From positions 53,444,001 through 53,508,000 of the forward strand of contig OX597829.1 of assembly GCA_951406725.2 (NCBI GenBank): DNA of 64,000 nt. Reading direction: 5' to 3'. The translations under genes were made by a program, and so were the position numbers. Under the pieces are notes generated by a model that saw nothing but the letters and a program-made list of their open reading frames with translations, did no database searches and was not told where the DNA came from. This DNA comes from Octopus vulgaris (Eukaryota). This document shows positions 57,967 to 64,000 of the stretch, piece after piece (the first letter of the stretch is position 1; each line of letters opens with the position of its first letter).

Positions 57967-58289
57967 GTTATTAAAAGATGAAATAATTTCAAGAAAAGTT
58001 CTGTTGATTTCATGTTTTGAGTTTTGAGAGAACCAGTAAATATGGCAAAGTGTGTTTGAGTACAACAACAACAACACAGGAATGTGTAAATATCACTGAA
58101 AAGTTGGTAATGAGATTCTATTTAATGGCAATTTGAGAATCTAAACACTTGTAGTTTCTTTGTTTAATAAGTATGCCATCTTTATTGTGACTTATTGTAA
58201 TTATCGTAGCTTTGTTAATCACCTGCATGGTGTTTGTTGTTTTGTTTTTACAAACAAACAAAAAAGAACTCTTATCTACTTTTGCACCC

Positions 58290-58558
58290 CTCTGTCTGTC
58301 TGTCTGTCTGTCCATGTACTTGTCTGTCTGCCTGCCTGTCTGTTTGCCTATCTGTCTGTCGCTCTGTCTCTGCCTCCTGTCTATCCATGCCCCAGTCTGC
58401 TTTCCTGTCTGTCAGTCTGCATGCTATCTGTCTGTATGTCTGTGTCTGTCTGCCATGTCTGCCTGCCTGTCTGTTTGTGTACCAGTCTGTCTGTTTGCCT
58501 GCCAGTCTGTCTGCCTCTGTCAGTCAGTCTGTCTATTCGCCTCTGTCTGTCTGTCTGA
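58290..58558. repeat. (TGTC/TGCC)n microsatellite
   Basis: Directly visible. Confidence 0.9.
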
Positions 58559-58942
58559 CTCCTTTCAGTCATTGGACTATGGCAATGCTGGGGCACTGCT
58601 TTGAAGGGTTTGAGTAGAATAAACCAACCCTTTATGTGTTTGTGTTGAAGTCTGGCGTTTATTCCCTCTTCCTCTTTTGCTGAACTGCTAAGTTATGAGG
58701 AGCAAATCAACACTGGTCATCAAACAGTGGCTGGGGACAAACACAAAGACACACATGTATATATATATATGTGTGTGTGTGTGTGAGTATGTGTATATAC
58801 ATATCTAGCTGTAGAAACCTTGTCAAAGGAGACAATAGAGTCTGATACAAGACTCTGGCCTTTCCAGCTCCTGTCAAACCATCCATCCCATTTCAACATG
58901 GAAAACAGATATTAATTGACGATGATATATATATATATATAT

Positions 58943-59333
58943 GGCGCAGGAGTGGCTGTGTGGTAAGTAGCTTGCTAACCAACCACATGGTTCCGGGTTC
59001 AGTCCCACTGCGTGGCATCTTGGGCAAGTGTCTTCTGCTATAGCCCCGGGCCGACCAATGCCTTGTGAGTGGATTTGGTAGACGGAAACTGAAAGAAACC
59101 TGTCGTATATATGTATATATATGTGTGTGTGTTTGTGTGTCTGTGTTTGTCCCCCTAGCATTGCTTGACAACCGATGCTGGTGTGTTTACGTCCCCGTCA
59201 CTTAGCAGTTCGGCAAAAGAGACGGATAGAATAAGTACTGGGCTTACAAAGAATAAGTCCCGGGGTCGATTTGCTCGACTAAAGGTGGTGCTCCAGCATG
59301 GCCGCAGTCAAATGACTGAAACAAGTAAAAGAG
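58943..59333 (+). mobile_element. tRNA-derived SINE family A, full-length and little diverged
   Basis: A-box-like TGGCTGTGTGG, B-box-like GGTTCAGTCC, internal (AT/GT)n, end CAGTCAAATGACTGAAACAAGTAAAAGAG; more than ten relatives in the window. Confidence 0.85.
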
Positions 59334-59419
59334 TATATAAGGGGTTGCATAATTAATTAGACATCGAGTTGAACTCCCAGTGCAAAACCAATTAGTAAGA
59401 TTCAACATAAAGTAAAGAC

Positions 59420-59700
59420 TCCTTTCCGTCATGAATGACCTGGGATTGCACTTAGAAAGTTCCCCTCCAAAGCACAAGTCACTCAGCCATGCATACCAAC
59501 CTCCTCTCTCTACAAGTGGAAGGCAAAGGGGCTGATACAGCTTGGCACATGTGACACCGCAACTCATTTCTACGGCTGAGTGAACTGGAGCAATGTGAAA
59601 TAAAGTGTCTTGCTGAAGAATGCAACACATAACCTAGTCTGGGAATTGAACTCACTACCTCATGATTGTAAGCCTGAGGCTCTAACCACTGAGCCAGGAT
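59420..59700 (-). mobile_element. SINE family D
   Basis: Reverse complement of 42110-42400 with tRNA-like head (GGCTCAGTGGTTAGAGC...GAGTTCAATTCCC). Confidence 0.75.
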
Positions 59701-59830
59701 GGATCTATAATACTGTACACTTCGATTAATATACCGGCTCTATTGACAAATATGAGTGCTTAATGCCAGCATGGACAACAGATGTTAAGTTATGATCATG
59801 ATATATATATATATATGCATATATCATATA

Positions 59831-59873
<43 letters not shown>

Positions 59874-59957
59874 ATATATACACACATGTATATATATATA
59901 TTGATATGTATATATATATATATATTGATATATATATATATATATATGATATATGCA

Positions 59958-59989
<32 letters not shown>

Positions 59990-60044
59990 AAGAGAGAGAG
60001 ATAGATACAGTTTTTTGTATAGATATCCCCTGTTACTCTGTTGT

Positions 60045-60272
60045 GTGTTTCAGTCCAGTCATTAGTTTGAGGTCATGCTGGAGCACTGCCTTTAAGGGTT
60101 TTAGCTGAAGAAATCAACCCCAGGACTTATTCTTCATAAGCCTAGTACTTATTCTATCGGTCTCTTTTGCTGAACCATGGCTATAGCAGAAGACACTTGC
60201 CCAAGGTGCCACGCAGTAGGACTGAACCCAGAACTATGCTGTTGGAAAACATTCTTCTTACCACACAGCCAC
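60045..60272 (-). mobile_element. SINE family A, internally deleted
   Basis: 3' and 5' segments joined without the central microsatellite. Confidence 0.7.
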
Positions 60273-60698
60273 ATGTAATATGAATATGAAATTAAGTGTA
60301 ACAAAAACGACAGCACCAGTATAAATCATGTTAAACTTAATTACAAAAATAATAAAGTTAAAATTAATGAATCTAATACATTTAATGAAATAGTATATCC
60401 TAATGAACAAATAATGAAAATTCCCAATAATTGTCATAAACATAGCATCAACAATAAGCACTGCCATCATCATTACAAGAACAATACAAAAAACTCTAGC
60501 ACCACGAATACCATCACAGAAATAAAACTCAGAAAAAGAATATAAATCTTGATAATTACCACCTTTACACTAAAGTAAATAAACCTAAAAATACTGGCAA
60601 CATACACCATGACTGTATAATTAAAGATAAAAAAAGGAACACCAAGGCAACAAACAGAGAAAACAGGAATAACCAAAATAAGACAATTTACTATATAT

Positions 60699-61480
60699 AT
60701 TTCTTTATTGCCTACAAGGGGCTAAACACAGAAGGGACAAACAAGGACAGATAAAGGGAATAAGTTGATTACATTGACCCCAGTGTGTAACTGGTACTTT
60801 ATTTATCGACCCCGAAAGGATGAAAGGTAAAGTCGACCTTGGTGGAATTTGAACTTGGAACGTAGCGGCAGACGAAATACCTATTTCTTTACTACCCACA
60901 AGGGGCTAAACACAGAGGGGACAAACAAGGACAGACAAAGGGAATAAGTCGACTACATCGACCCCAGTGTGTAACTGGTACTTTATTTATCGACCCCGAA
61001 AGGATGAAAGGTAAAGTCGACCTCGGCGGAATTTGAACTCAGAACGTAGCGGCAGACGAAATACCTATTTCTTTACTACCCACAAGGGGCTAAACACAGA
61101 GGGGACAAACAAGGACAGACAAAGGGAATAAGTTGACTACATCGACCCCAGTGTGTAACTGGTACTTTATTTATCGACCCCGAAAGGATGAATGGTAAAG
61201 TCGACCTCGGCGGAATTTGAACTCAGAACATAGAGGCAGACGAAATACCTATTTCTTTACTACCCACAAGGGGCTAAACACAGAGGGGACAAACAAGGAC
61301 AGACAAAGGGAATAAGTCGACTACATCGACCCCAGTGTGTAACTGGTACTTAATTTATCGACCCCGGAAGGATGAAAGGTAAAGTCGACCTCGGCGGAAT
61401 TTGAACTTGGAACGTAACGACAGACGAAATACAGCTACGCAGTTCGCCCGGCGTGCTAATGTTTCTGCCAGCTCGCCGCC
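60699..61480 (-). mobile_element. tRNA-headed SINE (family C) with four tandem 184-nt body units
   Basis: Units start at 60699, 60883, 61067 and 61251; single head GGCGGCGAGCTGGCAGAA at 61480; B-box-like GTTCAAATTCC in each unit. Confidence 0.85.
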
Positions 61481-61599
61481 TTTACTATAATAATATGAAT
61501 AATAATAATAATACTGTAATTAATAAAGATAGGAACAACATAATAAAAATGAAATCTATACCAAGTATGAAAAGATTTCACTCTCTGAATACAACCCAA

Positions 61600-61830
61600 T
61601 TCTTTACCAAAGCAGACAATGAGAAAACCATTTGGATAATAATTCCTTTTGCAAAACACTTAAAATCGAACTTTATTAGATCCATCAGAATGATTATTAA
61701 TAAAAGCTTCAAAAACACTAAATATGCCAAAATATTTAATAATGAATGTATTAGATTTGGATTTTCAGTTTCTCTTCATTTTTTAAGGATAATATCTTCA
61801 TTTAACAATAAGAAGCTAGATCATACAGTT
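61600..61830 (+). pseudogene. Possible Penelope-like post-RT linker remnant
   Basis: WIIIPF...AKIFN..IRFGFS...IISSFNNKKL resembles the WFNPP/KIFN region at 33830-34080. Confidence 0.4.
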
Positions 61831-61899
61831 CTATATTTAAGAGATGAGGAATTATATACATTATTTACATTTTGTACATTATTTACATTCATCAACATA

Positions 61900-62235
61900 T
61901 CGTAGCCATAGTGTTGGTTTTAGTGGTGTTGATCCTAAAGCCAAATTCTCAAAGTATTCCATGTATATATTGGCTATTATCGGTGGTAATAGCGAACCCA
62001 TAGCTCAACCCTATTGTCAATATATATCAGTGTCCATACTGAAGTAGGTAGTTTCTACACAGAAGGTCAACATTTCCATTAAGTTTTGTATTGGTGTACT
62101 AGCGCATTCTTTTAGATGGGTGTCTGTCACTAGTTTTTCTTGTATCACCGATAGTGCATCACCAGTTGGGACTTTAGTGAACAGCATTATCCCATTTAGA
62201 CTAACCATCTGGTTGGATTCAATGGGAGTATCCTT
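61900..62235 (-). pseudogene. Penelope-like element RT remnant (second family)
   Basis: LFTKVP...MLTFCVETTYF...AMGSLLPPIIANIYMEYFE. Confidence 0.8.
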
Positions 62236-62326
62236 GATCAATTCTTATTTCTTTATTCTCCACAAGGAGCTAAACACAGAGGGGACAAACATATATACAT
62301 ATACACACACACACACACATAACATA

Positions 62327-62382
<56 letters not shown>

Positions 62383-62385
<3 letters not shown>

Positions 62386-62510
62386 TCATCATCATTTAAC
62401 GTCTGTTTTCCATGCTAGCATGGGTTGGACGGTTTGACCAGGGTCTGGGAAGCCAAGAGGCTGCATCAGGCTCCAGTCTGATCTGGCAGTGTTTCTACAG
62501 CTGGATGCCC
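62383..62510 (-). mobile_element. Family B repeat, truncated
   Basis: (CAT)nTTAACGTCTG...CTGGATGCCC. Confidence 0.75.
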
Positions 62511-62684
62511 TATATCGGGTTTCTTCCAGTTTCCATCTACCAAATCCACTCACAAAGCTTTGGTTCACCTGAGGCTATCGCAGAAGACACTTGCTCAAGG
62601 TCCCATGCAGTGGAACTGAACCTGGAACCAAGTGATTAGGAAGCAAGTTTCTTACCACACAGCCATGGCTGAGTCTAAGTATAA

Positions 62685-62736
<52 letters not shown>

Positions 62737-62857
62737 GTATGTACGTATATATTTGTATAGATATATGTGTGTGTATATATATATATATATATATAAATAT
62801 ATATATATGTGTACATATATATTTATGTATATTTATGTGTGTGTGTATATATATACT

Positions 62858-62953
62858 CTAGCCTCAAGCTGACCAAAACCTTGTGAGTGGATTTTATACA
62901 TGGAAACTGAAAGAAGACTATCATATTTATGAGTACATTTGTGTGTTTGTGTG

Positions 62954-62997
<44 letters not shown>

Positions 62998-63198
62998 TGT
63001 GTGTGTCTGTATTTGTATCCTCCACCATCACTTGACAACCGATGCTGCTGTGTTTACATCCCTGTAACTTAGCGGTTCAGCAAAAGACACTGATAGAATA
63101 AGTACTAGGCTTACAAAGAATTGAATCCTGAGATCAGTTTGTTCAACTAAAGGTGGTGCTCCAGCAAGGTCGCAGTCACATGACTGAAACAAGTAAAA
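62858..63198 (+). mobile_element. SINE family A, 5'-truncated (an inverted 5' part lies at 62515-62666)
   Basis: CCTTGTGAGTGGATTT...CACATGACTGAAACAAGTAAAA. Confidence 0.75.
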
Positions 63199-63406
63199 CA
63201 ATAAAAAAGCTTGTCGTTTTAATCCAAAGCAATGCTGGGTATCTCTACAAGTATGTATATATAAGTCTGTATGGAAATAAGTTGTTCTTTCTTAGGGATA
63301 TATTATATCCAAGTGTATACCAGTTTGCAATGTTATCAATTAACAATATTGGAGATTCTATATGTGTGTATGTACTAGTGTTTATCGTTGGCTCTTCTTT
63401 TTCATC

Positions 63407-63590
63407 TACTTCATCTACTGCTACGTTCTGAGTTCAAATTCCGCCAAGGTTGACTTTGCCTTTCATACTTTCAGGGGTCAATTAAATAAGTACCAGTTAC
63501 GCACTTGGGTCAATATAATCGACTTAATCCCTTTGTCTGTCCTTGTTTGTCCCCTCAATGTTTAACCTCTTGTGGGCAGTAAAGAAATAA
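63407..63590 (+). mobile_element. SINE family C, headless monomer
   Basis: CTACGTTCTGAGTTCAAATTCCGCC...GTAAAGAAATA matches one 184-nt unit. Confidence 0.8.
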
Positions 63591-64000
63591 GAACATGGGG
63601 AAGGGATGGGATGTGTATGGCACATACAAACACATTCACACACATATACTCACACAGACACGTAAGTGCCCAAGTTCATCCTGGCCCCATGTTGGCTGTA
63701 AGCTCTTACAGTCTTATGATTTATGGAGGCAAGTGCAATATATACATAATATACTTACTATACTTACGTATATACATTCACATATTTACATATGAATACT
63801 TAAATATATATACATACATATATTTACATATATTCTTACATATATGCATGTGTGTGTTAAGAACTGTCACACACACACACACACATATATTTATAAGCCA
63901 AAAAGCTCATGTTGCTTAGAATAAATTGGTGGTGATTCAGCTGTTGCATGATTTTGTATTTGTGTTTAAGTCTATTAGAGCCTATTTGAAATTGAAAAAG

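Noticed and set aside
58943-59015. tRNA genes at SINE heads
   Set aside because: A/B boxes run into SINE bodies and I could not fold a full cloverleaf.
60699-61434. Classical hammerhead retrozyme array
   Set aside because: No CTGANGA core on either strand of the 184-nt unit.

Overview
This is AT-rich, repeat-dense animal genomic DNA; the microsatellite load and SINE families look like an octopod cephalopod, a judgement from pattern recognition only. One protein-coding gene is well supported: a minus-strand SLC6 Na+/Cl- dependent transporter of the GABA/taurine/creatine branch, most like molluscan taurine transporters. Nine coding exons (15304 to 7940, all GT-AG, 1443 nt = 481 aa, TM1-TM9) splice into one frame; the TM10-12 exons were not found and probably lie left of the window. 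The rest (15.3-64 kb) is probably a long 5' intron, a CpG-rich putative promoter domain (~49.7-55.7 kb) and upstream DNA. It holds at least four SINE families, TTAA-flanked MITEs, decayed mariner, maT, RTE, R4-like and Penelope-like elements, a probable Helitron, long fold-back hairpins and very long (AT)n/(ATAC)n tracts that generate almost all ORFs in the track. The most unusual signals are a 4 x 184-nt SINE multimer whose unit boundary recurs in other copies, near-perfect intronic hairpins, a minimal hammerhead-like motif, a stop-free in-frame intron and a candidate recursive splice site. None is proven to be a new system.
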